This document shows, in pieces, positions 26,798-36,801 of a DNA stretch of 64,000 nucleotides. The notes under the pieces are model-generated. The model had not been told where the DNA came from and searched no databases. It saw nothing but the letters and a program-made list of their open reading frames with translations. Within the stretch, counting starts at the first letter, position 1. Every line of letters starts with the position of its first letter. Origin of the DNA: a virus; the IMG/VR virus record IMGVR_UViG_3300045988_010396, positions 37,395 through 101,394 of that record; one strand, 5' to 3'. The translations under genes were made by a program, and so were the position numbers.

Positions 26798-27822
26798 AAG
26801 ACATCTCATGGCAAGTTTCAGAGCCAACCTATAGGGCTGATAGTGCTATAAGCTATTCAACCCTAAGTAGATTTGAAAGGGAAGGGTGGAGAAAGCTTGG
26901 CTCACTCTTTGATAAGATTGAAACACCCTCACTCACATTTGGAAGTGCTGTTGATACTAAGCTGACTGATGGGGATGAGGCATTCAATGAGAGGTTCATT
27001 GTATGTGACTTCCCACCATTGTCAGATACATTGATAAGCATTACAAAGTTCCTCCACAAGAACTTCCATGAGAGCCATAGGAAACTCAGCATGATAGATG
27101 ATGCTGAGATTAGTAGGGCTGCATTGATGTTCAACTATTATGCTAATCCCAAGTATGAGAACTTTAGGGTAAAGAGTATTAAGGAGAGCTGTAGTGAATA
27201 CTATTCACTTCTTACATTAGCAGGAGACAGGACTGTACTATCACAGAATGACTATGCTGACGTAATGGCTTGTGTGGAAGAGTTAAAGACCAATTCAGCA
27301 ACCAAGTATTTCTTTAGCTCAAATCCTTTTGAGACTCAGATTGAGAAGGTGTTCCAGTTGAAGTTCAGAGCAGAGTTTCAAGGCATACCTGTCAGATGTA
27401 TGTTTGACGAGATTATTGTAGACCATGAGAAGAAGATAATATACCCTATAGACTTAAAGACTACAGGTCACCCTGAGGAAGAGTTTGAGGAGTCTTTCTC
27501 TCAATGGAGATATGATATTCAAGCCAAGCTATATACCTATATATTACAGGAGTGTATCAAGAATGATGAGTACTTCAAAGACTTCAAGATACAGCCCTAT
27601 CAGTTTGTAGTTATAAACAGAAGGACTGTAGCTCCTATTGTATGGGTGTTTGAAGGGAACTTTGGACAAGTAGACCTTAAAGATGACAAAGGTAATATAT
27701 TGAGGGATTGGAGGAAGATACTCAGTGAACTTCATTATTACCTGAGATACTCTGGCAAATATAGTATAAGGGCAATGGAAAATAACTGTGTATTAAAGAT
27801 AAATAATTTGACAATATGTTGA
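26773..27822 (+). CDS. PD-(D/E)xK exonuclease (RecB/Cas4/YqaJ-like)
   Basis: IYPIDLKTTG plus QAKLYTY (QxxxY) motifs. Confidence 0.5.
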   Translation: MEMERKSIKDISWQVSEPTYRADSAISYSTLSRFEREGWRKLGSLFDKIETPSLTFGSAVDTKLTDGDEAFNERFIVCDFPPLSDTLISITKFLHKNFHESHRKLSMIDDAEISRAALMFNYYANPKYENFRVKSIKESCSEYYSLLTLAGDRTVLSQNDYADVMACVEELKTNSATKYFFSSNPFETQIEKVFQLKFRAEFQGIPVRCMFDEIIVDHEKKIIYPIDLKTTGHPEEEFEESFSQWRYDIQAKLYTYILQECIKNDEYFKDFKIQPYQFVVINRRTVAPIVWVFEGNFGQVDLKDDKGNILRDWRKILSELHYYLRYSGKYSIRAMENNCVLKINNLTIC

Positions 27823-29576
27823 AAGTAGTTAAGAGAGACAGAAGTATTGAGGACTTTAATGCCCAAAAGGTAGTCAGTGCAGTCCAGAAGGCATTTGCAT
27901 CAGCGGGATGTGTTTTTTCTGAGTATCTGAACACAATGATACCTGCCTTGTTTGAAGAGGGGGATATTATTGGTGTAGAGGATATACAGGATAGAGTAGA
28001 GCAACTGCTGATGAATGACAAGCACTTCAAGGCTGCTAAGTCATATATCCTATATAGGGAGAAGCACAAGCAAGCCAGGTTTATTAGAGAAAGGATTGAT
28101 TATATGTCCAACTATGCAGATTCTGATGATAATGCTGCTAGTTCTTCAGAGACTGACCCTAATGCTAATGTAACCCAGAAGAATGTTGCCAATCTTGATG
28201 GGGAAGTTTATAAGACAGAGAATAGGATTATTCAGAGGCAAAGGATGAAGGATGAACTTAATATCCTTTATCCAGAGGTAGCAAAGCAGTATGAAGTGGA
28301 TATTGAGAACCATATATTCTACCCTCACGATGAAGCTAGTGTACCTACTTTGAAGTTCTATTGTCAGGCAGATACTCTTTATCCACTTATGACAGAAGGT
28401 GTAGGTAATATAGATGGTGTGACACCAACTCCTCCTAATGATTTACAATCATTTAGTGGACAAATAACTAATCTTACCTTCTTGCTTTCTTCTCAGTGTA
28501 AAGGTGCAGTAGCCTTTGGAGAATATTTCATTGCTCTGAACTATTACATCATTGCAGAGTTTGGGGATAAATGGTATGAGAAGCTTGATTGTGTTGTAAC
28601 GTCTCCTCATTGTAGGATTCAAAGAACAGTCAGAGATTTCATAGAGAAAGCCTTCAAGCAGTTTATCTATGGCATTAATCAACCTGCTGGTAATAGGTCA
28701 TATCAGAGTCCATTTACAAATGTATCTTATTATGACCATACATACTTTAGTTCATTGTTTGGAGAATTTTGTTATCCTGATGGAACTAAGCCTGAGTGGG
28801 CTGCAATTAATGTTCTTCAGAAGATGTTTATGAAGTTCTTCAATAAACTTAGAACCAAGCAGATTTTGACCTTCCCTGTTGAAACACTGGCAATGGTACA
28901 TGATGACAAGGATATTATAGACAGAGAATATAAGGATTTCTGCGCAGAAATGTATGCAGAAGGACACTCATTCTTTACTTATATTTCAGATAGTGCTGAT
29001 AGTCTTGCATCATGCTGTAGATTGAGAAATGAACTTGCAGAGAATACTTTCAATCCTACATCAGGTCTTACTGGTGTTATGACTGGTAGCTGCAATGTTA
29101 TCACTCTTAATATCAATAGGATTATACAGGATTGTGATAAGGCTTATGGGTTGAAGAGAAATGGTGGTTGGAAAGAGAATACCTCATTTATTAAGGATTA
29201 CTTAGTAGATATTCTTCATAGAGTCTATAAGTATCATATTGCTTATAAGACTATGCTCTATGAACAAGAAGAGAAAGGTATGTTTGCAGCTTGCAATGGT
29301 GGATATATCAGGGTGTCAAAGCTATACAGTACCGTAGGTATCAATGGCTTGAATGAGGCTGCTAAGTTCTTAGGTCTTGAAGTATCTAACAACAAGGACT
29401 ATATAGAGTTCTTGCAGTTGGTTCTTGGCACTATTAAGGAACAGAACAAGTTACACTCTATCCATGACAAGAAGAGACCTTTCCTGTTTAATTCTGAGGT
29501 AGTTCCTGCTGAGTCTCTCGGTGGTAAGAATTATAGATGGGATAAAGAGGATGGATTAGAACCAATGTCCATCTAA
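27816..29576 (+). CDS. nrdD: Anaerobic ribonucleoside-triphosphate reductase NrdD, exon 1 (lacks the Zn-ribbon and glycyl-radical C-terminus)
   Basis: Class III RNR-like core. The C-terminal CxxC and RVIGY motifs are absent here but present in ORF 30350-30685. Confidence 0.7.
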   Translation: MLKVVKRDRSIEDFNAQKVVSAVQKAFASAGCVFSEYLNTMIPALFEEGDIIGVEDIQDRVEQLLMNDKHFKAAKSYILYREKHKQARFIRERIDYMSNYADSDDNAASSSETDPNANVTQKNVANLDGEVYKTENRIIQRQRMKDELNILYPEVAKQYEVDIENHIFYPHDEASVPTLKFYCQADTLYPLMTEGVGNIDGVTPTPPNDLQSFSGQITNLTFLLSSQCKGAVAFGEYFIALNYYIIAEFGDKWYEKLDCVVTSPHCRIQRTVRDFIEKAFKQFIYGINQPAGNRSYQSPFTNVSYYDHTYFSSLFGEFCYPDGTKPEWAAINVLQKMFMKFFNKLRTKQILTFPVETLAMVHDDKDIIDREYKDFCAEMYAEGHSFFTYISDSADSLASCCRLRNELAENTFNPTSGLTGVMTGSCNVITLNINRIIQDCDKAYGLKRNGGWKENTSFIKDYLVDILHRVYKYHIAYKTMLYEQEEKGMFAACNGGYIRVSKLYSTVGINGLNEAAKFLGLEVSNNKDYIEFLQLVLGTIKEQNKLHSIHDKKRPFLFNSEVVPAESLGGKNYRWDKEDGLEPMSI

Positions 29577-30265
29577 AACCTCTTTTAATTGACTCAGAAG
29601 TCCCTATGGGATTATGAGGGGCAAGCAAGGGAAACCTGTGCAGCCTGACAGACTAAACAAAGAGGACTTTAATATACAATCTGTGAAGATAGAATATTAA
29701 AGTATGCAATAGTCGGAACTCTATGGTAACATAGAGAGGTTAATAGAAATATTAACCCATTTATTAGAAATATGGTTATAATCTTGCATAATTGGGATAA
29801 AAGTTTTAACTTTGCTCCCAAAATGATTAAGTATGGAGACTAAATTATGTAAGATTTGTGGTAGAGAATTACCATTGGAGATGTTTGATGAAGGAAGACA
29901 TCAATGTAAGGATTGTAGAAGAGCTTATAGGAAGCAAAGGAGATTGGAACATCCTGAGATTCACAGGGCACAAGCTACAAGAAGGCAGGATAGGCAAGGA
30001 GAATGGCTTAATAGCATAAAAACTCCCTGTATTGTCTGTGGAGAAGCAGAACCTGTTTGTATTGACTTTCATCATATCAATCCAGTAGATAAGGAATTTA
30101 CCATAGGTAAGTATAGAAGTAGGAGCAAGGAGTGGCTTCTGCAAGAAGTAAGTAAGTGTGTTTGCTTATGTGCTAATTGTCATAGGAAAGTACATGCTGG
30201 TTTGATAAACTTAAATAACTATATTGCTAATGAATCACCTCTCTGCACAACGGGAGAGGGTGTAA
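29577..30265 (+). mobile_element. Putative group I intron interrupting nrdD; carries an HNH homing endonuclease
   Basis: About 690 nt between the two NrdD-homologous reading frames. Contains HNH ORF 29833-30273. Analogous to the T4 nrdD (sunY) intron. Confidence 0.5.
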
Positions 30266-30273
30266 CAGAATGA
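29833..30273 (+). CDS. HNH endonuclease (intron-encoded)
   Basis: CKICG...C.DC zinc finger and HHINPVDK...CANCHRKVH HNH motif. Confidence 0.7.
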   Translation: METKLCKICGRELPLEMFDEGRHQCKDCRRAYRKQRRLEHPEIHRAQATRRQDRQGEWLNSIKTPCIVCGEAEPVCIDFHHINPVDKEFTIGKYRSRSKEWLLQEVSKCVCLCANCHRKVHAGLINLNNYIANESPLCTTGEGVTE

Positions 30274-30685
30274 TTGGGTCCCTGAAGATGAAAATCTTTA
30301 CAACTCATATTTCTTTGATGCCCATAATGATACTTCAGTACTAGATAAGATGATTCTGCATGGAAGGCAGACAGCACAATATTGTGACGGAGGCTCAGCT
30401 TGTCATATCAATCTTGAAGACCATCTGAGCAAAGAGCAGTATCTCAAGCTGATAGACTTTGCTGTAGCTAATGGAACAAACTACTTCACATTTAATATCC
30501 CTAATAGTAAGTGTGATGATTGTGGTTACATTACTAAGCATCCTATCACTGAGTGTCCTAAGTGTCATAGTAAGAACATTACTCAATATACAAGGGTTAT
30601 AGGATATTTAAGACCTATTAAGTCCTTTGGTAAGGATAGACAAATAGAGGCTAACAAGAGAGTATATAGTAATAATATAGAATAA
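30266..30685 (+). CDS. nrdD: NrdD exon 2: C-terminal Zn-ribbon and glycyl-radical domain
   Basis: Frame open from 30266. Motifs ENLYNSYFFDAH, CDDCGY...CPKCH and the glycyl radical motif TRVIGYLRP. Confidence 0.65.
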   Translation, partial: QNDWVPEDENLYNSYFFDAHNDTSVLDKMILHGRQTAQYCDGGSACHINLEDHLSKEQYLKLIDFAVANGTNYFTFNIPNSKCDDCGYITKHPITECPKCHSKNITQYTRVIGYLRPIKSFGKDRQIEANKRVYSNNIE

Positions 30686-30848
30686 TGGAAGATTATGAAA
30701 TAATTGATTGGCCTGATGTTCAAGCATATATGGAGTTAGAAGGGTTTGAAGAGAATAGTACTCTAATAACCCCTAATGACAGTATGGGAATAGGGTCTTC
30801 TACATATCTTGTAGATAAAGAATGGTATGATTCGGTAAGAGCTGTGAT

Positions 30849-31307
30849 ATGATTAAATATGTAGATACTTTAATTGGGTTTGCAGAAATTCCTAATGAAA
30901 TTTCTCTATGTATTAATATAAGTAATTGCCCCTGTCATTGCGAAGGATGTCACTCATCTTACTTAGCACAAGATATAGGAGAACCTCTTGATTTACAACA
31001 TTTGACTAACCTTATTGATACTAATAAGGGTATAACATGTGTATGTATAATGGGAGGTGATGCTAATCCAAGTGAAGTAGATGATATTGCACAAGACATT
31101 AAGGAATACTATCCAGAATTGAAAGTTGGATGGTATAGTGGAAGGCAAGAGTTAAGTAATGACATTGACCTATTCAACTTTGACTATATAAAACTTGGAC
31201 CATATAAGGAAGAGTTTGGTCCACTTAACAGTAGGACTACTAATCAAAGACTATATCAAATAAAGAATCATAAAATGTTAGATATAACATCTAGATTTTG
31301 GAAATAG
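30849..31307 (+). CDS. nrdG: Anaerobic RNR activating protein NrdG (radical SAM)
   Basis: CPCHCEGCHS cluster motif (Cx3Cx2C) next to nrdD. Confidence 0.7.
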   Translation: MIKYVDTLIGFAEIPNEISLCINISNCPCHCEGCHSSYLAQDIGEPLDLQHLTNLIDTNKGITCVCIMGGDANPSEVDDIAQDIKEYYPELKVGWYSGRQELSNDIDLFNFDYIKLGPYKEEFGPLNSRTTNQRLYQIKNHKMLDITSRFWK

Positions 31308-31422
31308 ATGATAAACATTAAGATTAAGGAATATGGAGAAGAAGATACAGTAACAAGAATAATTACTGTAACTCTTTTCTATATTCCTATTTTTAGTTAT
31401 AAGAAAACTTCAACAAATAGAG

Positions 31423-32034
31423 TTGCAGTTAATCAGTTTAACAAACCAAAAGAAAGAGTTAGAATTAAAGGATTTAACAATGAAACTGAAAATTAAAGTA
31501 AAAGAGATAGTAAAAGGTCTCTATACAGAGGCTAAAGATGAAAAGGGTAACTTGGTTCCTTTCATAAATCCTATTGGTGACTGCATTGACCTTAGAGCAG
31601 CAGCAGACTATAAGTTTGAGGCCCCTCAAGCAGGTATTCTTCATCAGAAGGATGGAGTTAAGACAAGGGATGTAGAGTTTGATGAGAAGCTTGTTAAGCT
31701 TGGAATTGCAATGCAATTGCCAAAGGGATTTAGTGCTAAGATTAAGCAGAGAAGCTCTACTACTAAGAAGCTTAGGCTTGTAATGGCTTCCTCTGGCTTT
31801 ATTGATACAGTGTATTGCGGAGATAATGATGAGTGGGGGTTCTATTGTTATTCAGTAGATAAAACCACTATTCATAAGGGAGAGAGGGTTTGTCAATTTG
31901 AAATTGTGCCTAATCAGTTTGCAACTGTGTGGCAAAAGCTTAAGTGGCTCTTCTCTAGTAAGATAGAGTTTGAGTGGGTTGATAAGCTTGGTAATGCAGA
32001 CAGAGGTGGCCATGGGTCTACTGGCACTAATTAA
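31423..32034 (+). CDS. dut: dUTPase
   Basis: Motif 3 SGFIDTVYCGD and C-terminal motif 5 RGGHGSTG. Confidence 0.7.
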   Translation: MQLISLTNQKKELELKDLTMKLKIKVKEIVKGLYTEAKDEKGNLVPFINPIGDCIDLRAAADYKFEAPQAGILHQKDGVKTRDVEFDEKLVKLGIAMQLPKGFSAKIKQRSSTTKKLRLVMASSGFIDTVYCGDNDEWGFYCYSVDKTTIHKGERVCQFEIVPNQFATVWQKLKWLFSSKIEFEWVDKLGNADRGGHGSTGTN

Positions 32035-32048
32035 AACAAGTATAGAAC

Positions 32049-32549
32049 ATGGAATTTGTATTGAAAATAGTGTTTGTGTTGCTCCTAGCAGGCATTGCTG
32101 TCATAGTAGCACATTTCGTTGATTCTGCTAGGAAGAAAGTTTCTCACAGCAGTATGTCTTTCAGAGAGACTATGGACTTATGTGAGCTTCCTATAGTAAC
32201 ATTTATGAATAATGGAAGGAAATTGAATTTTCTCTTGGACACTGGTGCAAGTAAATCTGTTATTCATAGTGGTGCTCTAGAAGGACTTACATATAAAAGT
32301 ATCAATAAATCTGGTGATGTATATGGTATGGATGGAAAAAGGAAGGATGCCTCTTTTATCAATATGTCTATAGGATATAGAGGTAAAGATTATAATGAGG
32401 AGTTCCAATCTATTGATATGAGTGTCCCATTCAGTAACCTAAAGGCCGACTTTGGTGTTAATCTGCATGGTATTCTATCTAGTACCTTCTTTCAGAAGTA
32501 TAAGTATGTACTGAACTTTGATGAACTGGTAGCCTATTCTATGGTATGA
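32049..32549 (+). CDS. Retropepsin-like aspartic protease with N-terminal transmembrane helix
   Basis: LLDTGASKSVIH (D-T-G-A catalytic motif) after a membrane anchor. Confidence 0.5.
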   Translation: MEFVLKIVFVLLLAGIAVIVAHFVDSARKKVSHSSMSFRETMDLCELPIVTFMNNGRKLNFLLDTGASKSVIHSGALEGLTYKSINKSGDVYGMDGKRKDASFINMSIGYRGKDYNEEFQSIDMSVPFSNLKADFGVNLHGILSSTFFQKYKYVLNFDELVAYSMV

Positions 32550-32815
32550 AAGACTTGATTAAACTAAGGTCAAGAGACTGTGAGGAGAACTACTTGAAGG
32601 GGCTAAAGAAATCTGATGGCTCAGAGTCAAAGACTTATGTACTCAAAGTATCTACTCCATATCTTAGAAGTGGTGAAGTGGAAGGAGGCAGAAAGTTCAT
32701 TGACCCCTCGGGAGGACCTATGATTGTAGTAGGTGGTTATCTTGAGGAGGCAGAAGCAGTAGTCAAATCAATAGACTTTACTGTAGGTTATGGTTACACT
32801 GTAACATTTGAATAA
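32546..32815 (+). CDS. Hypothetical protein, 89 aa
   Basis: ORF translationally coupled to the polymerase gene. Confidence 0.4.
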   Translation: MKDLIKLRSRDCEENYLKGLKKSDGSESKTYVLKVSTPYLRSGEVEGGRKFIDPSGGPMIVVGGYLEEAEAVVKSIDFTVGYGYTVTFE

Positions 32816-35190
32816 TGGATGAGTGGTTTGAAGAAGGAAAGCATGAAGCTATCAAGTACTATGGCAAGCAGATATACTTTGTATCTGGAATCACAAACTT
32901 ATTTAGTGATGCAGAGATAGGATGTCCTTATAAGAATATATCAGTAAGGGAGTCGTTAGAGCTTCTTAGCACATTAAAGGTTGTAGGGTTGGATAGTGAG
33001 ACTAGAGGTACAGAGATATGGCAAGGTCAGTTGCTGCTGCTTCAATTAGGTAATAAGCACTTTGAGGTAGTCATTGACTGTACTACTGTAGATGTCAAAC
33101 TATACAAGGAGTTCCTTGAGAGTGACAGGCTTTTCATAATTCATAATGCCAAGTTTGACCTAAGATGGTTGTATAAGGAAGGTATTGTAATCAGAAATGT
33201 ATATGATACCTTCCTTGCAGAGAAGATATTGTTCCTGGGATTTCCACCAGGAATAGTATCACTTAGCTTGCAAGCTTGTTGTGACAGGTATCTAAATGTC
33301 TATCTTGACAAGACAGTTAGGGGTAAGATTAACTATGGTATCACTGATGAGGTAATAATCTATTCAGCCAATGATGTTGTGTTCCTTGAGGATGTCATGG
33401 AAGCACAGTTAAAGCAGATAGAGGCTAGGGGTCAGAGAGTTGCCTTGGAGATAGAAAATAGGTTTGTGAAGGTATTGGCTTATATTGAGTTCTGTGGTAT
33501 AAGGCTTGACATTGAAAGATGGAAAGCCAAGATGGTTAAGGATGCTGAAAGGCTGAGAGAAGCAGAGCAGAAACTCAATGACTGGGTTGTAGAGTATGTG
33601 ATGTCTAAAGGTGACAGAGATGCTATAGCCTATGATGTTCAGACTAAGAGAGGAAGAGTAAAGAGGGCTGAGGGTACTGTAGGCAAGTATGTTGCTATAG
33701 ACCCACAGCAGAGTCTCTTTGAGGAAAACAAGCCAAGATGTATCATTAACTGGAACAGCAACAAGCAGGTTATACCATTGTTTGAGGAGTTAGGGTTCAA
33801 TGTATGGACTAAAGACAAGAAGACTGGAAAGATGAAGAAGTCAGTGGACTCAAAGCTGCTTAAACAACAGTTGGATAAGAGTCCTCTGGCTAAGTTATAT
33901 CTTGATTACTCTAGTGAGTTTAAGGTAGTTACTTCATTTGGTCAGAACTTCTTGGATGCAGTCAATCCTGTTACTGGGAGAATACACCCTACATTCAATC
34001 AGATGATGGACACTGGCAGATTGAGTTGTGGTAAAGGAGGGAAGAAAGGTGGAGGTAAAACTAAGGATGATGACTTTGCTGAGGAAGAGCAGACTGAACA
34101 GGATGCTGATGTTATTATAGCAGTAGATAAGAGTGTGAATATTCAGCAGCTACCTTCTGATGCAGAGACTAGAGCTTGCTTCATACCTGATAAAGACCAT
34201 ATGTTGGTTGATTGTGATTATGGAGACCAAGAAGGTCATGTTTTTACTGAGCTAAGCCAGGATAAAGCATGGATTGATTTCTATAATGACCCTAATGAGA
34301 GAGATGGTCACTCCTTTGTAGCTAAGATGATATTCTCTGATGAGCTAAAAGATATATCAGAGAAGGAAGTAAAGAAGAAGAGGAAAGACTTGAGGGATGC
34401 TGCCAAGCCAGCTAGGTTCACATTTAATTATAATGGGACAGCCAATGCTTTAGCAGCTAACACAGGTAAGTCTCTTGAGTTCTGTGAATTATGTTTTAAG
34501 AAGTATTTCTCGGCATTCAAAGGCATAGCCAGCTACTTTAGAGTGAGTAAGGCTAATATGTGGAAAAGAGGTTACATCCTAATCTCAAAGTACACGGGAT
34601 TGAGAGCTTACATCTATGACTATCCTATACTGAAAGGCATAGAGAGAAGAATCAATGGAATGGGTCAGGAGTTCTGGGATTCCTACAGGAAAGCCAAAGA
34701 CTCTGGTCAGGTCATTGATGATGTCCCTGCTGCGGTTCTTCAACAGATGGCAAGGAAGTTTGCCAATGGAGAGCCTATGGAGGCTATTGCTATAAGATAT
34801 GAGTATAAAGTCAAGAAGGGTAAGAAAATTGAGACAAAATATATAGACATTAACAGGGAGACTGTATTGATTAAGCTCTGGAAGCATCTGGCAAAGAGAA
34901 GGTCATCATCTGAGAATCAGTCCTGTAATTATCCAAGTCAGGGTACAGCAGCAGCTATGACTAAGATTGCTGGTATAATGTACTTTGATTACTTGGTAGA
35001 GTCAGGATTGATATTCAAAGTATTGATGCCTAATGATGTTCATGATGAGTATCTGATAGAGCCACCCACTGATATAGCTGAACAGGAAGCTAAGAAACTC
35101 AGTGAATGTATGGAAGCATCAGCAGCTATGTTCTGTCAGTCAGTCAAGATTAAGGCAGTTCCCGAAATTGCAACTCATTGGGTTCATTAA
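32815..35190 (+). CDS. DNA polymerase, family A, with 3'-5' exonuclease domain
   Basis: Exo I VVGLDSET, Exo II IIHNAKFD, Exo III YSANDVVFL. Polymerase motif B RDAAKPARFTFNYNG and motif C VHDEY. Confidence 0.85.
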   Translation: MDEWFEEGKHEAIKYYGKQIYFVSGITNLFSDAEIGCPYKNISVRESLELLSTLKVVGLDSETRGTEIWQGQLLLLQLGNKHFEVVIDCTTVDVKLYKEFLESDRLFIIHNAKFDLRWLYKEGIVIRNVYDTFLAEKILFLGFPPGIVSLSLQACCDRYLNVYLDKTVRGKINYGITDEVIIYSANDVVFLEDVMEAQLKQIEARGQRVALEIENRFVKVLAYIEFCGIRLDIERWKAKMVKDAERLREAEQKLNDWVVEYVMSKGDRDAIAYDVQTKRGRVKRAEGTVGKYVAIDPQQSLFEENKPRCIINWNSNKQVIPLFEELGFNVWTKDKKTGKMKKSVDSKLLKQQLDKSPLAKLYLDYSSEFKVVTSFGQNFLDAVNPVTGRIHPTFNQMMDTGRLSCGKGGKKGGGKTKDDDFAEEEQTEQDADVIIAVDKSVNIQQLPSDAETRACFIPDKDHMLVDCDYGDQEGHVFTELSQDKAWIDFYNDPNERDGHSFVAKMIFSDELKDISEKEVKKKRKDLRDAAKPARFTFNYNGTANALAANTGKSLEFCELCFKKYFSAFKGIASYFRVSKANMWKRGYILISKYTGLRAYIYDYPILKGIERRINGMGQEFWDSYRKAKDSGQVIDDVPAAVLQQMARKFANGEPMEAIAIRYEYKVKKGKKIETKYIDINRETVLIKLWKHLAKRRSSSENQSCNYPSQGTAAAMTKIAGIMYFDYLVESGLIFKVLMPNDVHDEYLIEPPTDIAEQEAKKLSECMEASAAMFCQSVKIKAVPEIATHWVH

Positions 35191-35193
35191 GGT

Positions 35194-35517
35194 ATGGAAG
35201 CTTGGAGAATAGCTATCCCCATAGTAGTGCTTATACTAGCCACTATAGGTGCATGGTACACAGTAATACTAAGACGGAAAGAGATAAGAAGCATGATGTA
35301 TGTAAATCCTAAGAATGACTGTCGATACTTACCACTCTATAGGTGCAGGATGAAATGTCCTGCATCTGATGAGTGGTTTGATGCGCTAATCTATCAGGAT
35401 TGTAATACTAAGCAATTGTATATCATGGATATGAAAGACTTCCATGACAAGTTTATTAAACTAATAGAGTATAATAATGGAAACAACAGTAAACAAGGAG
35501 TATCAGAAACTGATTGA
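35194..35517 (+). CDS. Membrane protein, 107 aa
   Basis: N-terminal transmembrane helix; Cys-containing C-terminus. Confidence 0.4.
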   Translation: MEAWRIAIPIVVLILATIGAWYTVILRRKEIRSMMYVNPKNDCRYLPLYRCRMKCPASDEWFDALIYQDCNTKQLYIMDMKDFHDKFIKLIEYNNGNNSKQGVSETD

Positions 35518-35902
35518 TACTATCAAGTCAGTAAGGGATATGGCTAGTCTTAGCCCTGAAATGTGTGCTAGACTCAAGACAGTAGAACAGGGCCTTATAA
35601 ACTTAGGCTCAAGTCCAGTACTATCTGATAAAGTACAGCCCTTTATGGACATAACCATTAATATGGCTAAGACTTATGCAGCTAAGAACCATGACTATGG
35701 TAACTCATTTGAGCAGTCCTGTGATAAGTTTGGTATTATAGCATCGGTAGTAAGACTAGGAGACAAGATGAATAGAATTGAGTCTTTGACTACCAAAGAA
35801 GCTGAGATAAAAGAGGAGTCTATTAAAGATACTCTTCTGGACCTTGCTAATTATGCTATTATGACTGTAATGTGGTTAAATCAGCAACCTAAAGAGGAAT
35901 AA
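35477..35902 (+). CDS. MazG-like all-alpha NTP pyrophosphohydrolase (tentative)
   Basis: KNHDYGNSF...RLGDKMNRIESL...EESIKDTLLDLANYAIMTVMWL resembles the EExxE...D helices of MazG/DR2231-type enzymes. Confidence 0.4.
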   Translation: METTVNKEYQKLIDTIKSVRDMASLSPEMCARLKTVEQGLINLGSSPVLSDKVQPFMDITINMAKTYAAKNHDYGNSFEQSCDKFGIIASVVRLGDKMNRIESLTTKEAEIKEESIKDTLLDLANYAIMTVMWLNQQPKEE

Positions 35903-35904
35903 AC

Positions 35905-36333
35905 ATGGTAATAGCAGTGGACTTTGATGGAACTTGTGTTACACATGAGTTCCCTAAAGTAGGTAAAGATATAGGAGCAGTTCCTGTCTTGAAGAAGTTA
36001 GTAGAGAAAGGGCATAAGATTATTCTTTACACTATGAGAAGTCATCCTGATAAAAATAATCAAGGCAAAACTCTTAGTGGAGAGACTATATCTAATGATA
36101 CTTTACAAGATGCAATTGATTGGTTCAAAGAGAATGGGATACCTTTATGGGGAATAAATGAGAACCCCAAACAAAAGGAATGGACATCATCTCCTAAAAT
36201 ATATGCACATCTTTACATAGATGATGCAGCTTTAGGAGTACCACTTAAATTTGATAGAAATATAAGTGACAGAGCCTTTGTAGATTGGGAAGAAGTAGAG
36301 CAGTTTTTAATTACAAATGGTGTTATATGGTAG
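35905..36333 (+). CDS. HAD-superfamily phosphatase (Pnk 3'-phosphatase-like)
   Basis: Motif I VDFDGT and a late LYIDDAA motif. Confidence 0.55.
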   Translation: MVIAVDFDGTCVTHEFPKVGKDIGAVPVLKKLVEKGHKIILYTMRSHPDKNNQGKTLSGETISNDTLQDAIDWFKENGIPLWGINENPKQKEWTSSPKIYAHLYIDDAALGVPLKFDRNISDRAFVDWEEVEQFLITNGVIW

Positions 36334-36587
36334 ATAATAAATGTGGAACAGCAACTGAAGAATTGAAGCTCTGGATTATTGAGTTTGATATTATTGTTTC
36401 TAATAATAAAGGATGTGCTGTAGTAAAAGCTAATAATCCTCATCAAGCGGAAATTCTGTTGAGAACAGAAGGTATAAGTAATGGTAATCCTGGGAAGTAT
36501 TGTATTACACGTATTGCAGAGATTATACCTTCTCCAGAAGCTATGCTAATATGTGAACAATGGGCACATCCTGTGGATGATTATTGA
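36327..36587 (+). CDS. Hypothetical protein (possible HicB-like partner of HicA)
   Basis: ATG at 36327 in the frame of ORF 36285-36587; sits immediately upstream of the HicA-like gene. Confidence 0.3.
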   Translation: MVDNKCGTATEELKLWIIEFDIIVSNNKGCAVVKANNPHQAEILLRTEGISNGNPGKYCITRIAEIIPSPEAMLICEQWAHPVDDY

Positions 36588-36590
36588 TTT

Positions 36591-36797
36591 ATGAGGCAAT
36601 ATACACAGAGAGAGTTTATCCAGATATGTGTAGCCAATGGTTTCTATTATAGCAGACATAATGGAGGCCATGCTATCTATGTCAATGATAAGGGAGGACA
36701 CATAAGCATCCCACTAAACCTTGAGTGTGTTATTGCTAGGAGGCTCATTAAAGAGAACAATCTTGAAGTTGATATTAAGAAACTGAAAAAGGAGTAA
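36591..36797 (+). CDS. hicA: HicA-like toxin (YcfA family mRNA interferase)
   Basis: TQREFIQICVANGFYYSRHNGGHAIYVNDKGGHISIP...LIKENNL aligns to E. coli HicA KQSEFRRWLESQGVDVANGSNH...GRR...PRHP...ILKQLGL. Confidence 0.55.
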   Translation: MRQYTQREFIQICVANGFYYSRHNGGHAIYVNDKGGHISIPLNLECVIARRLIKENNLEVDIKKLKKE

Positions 36798-36801
36798 GAA
36801 G

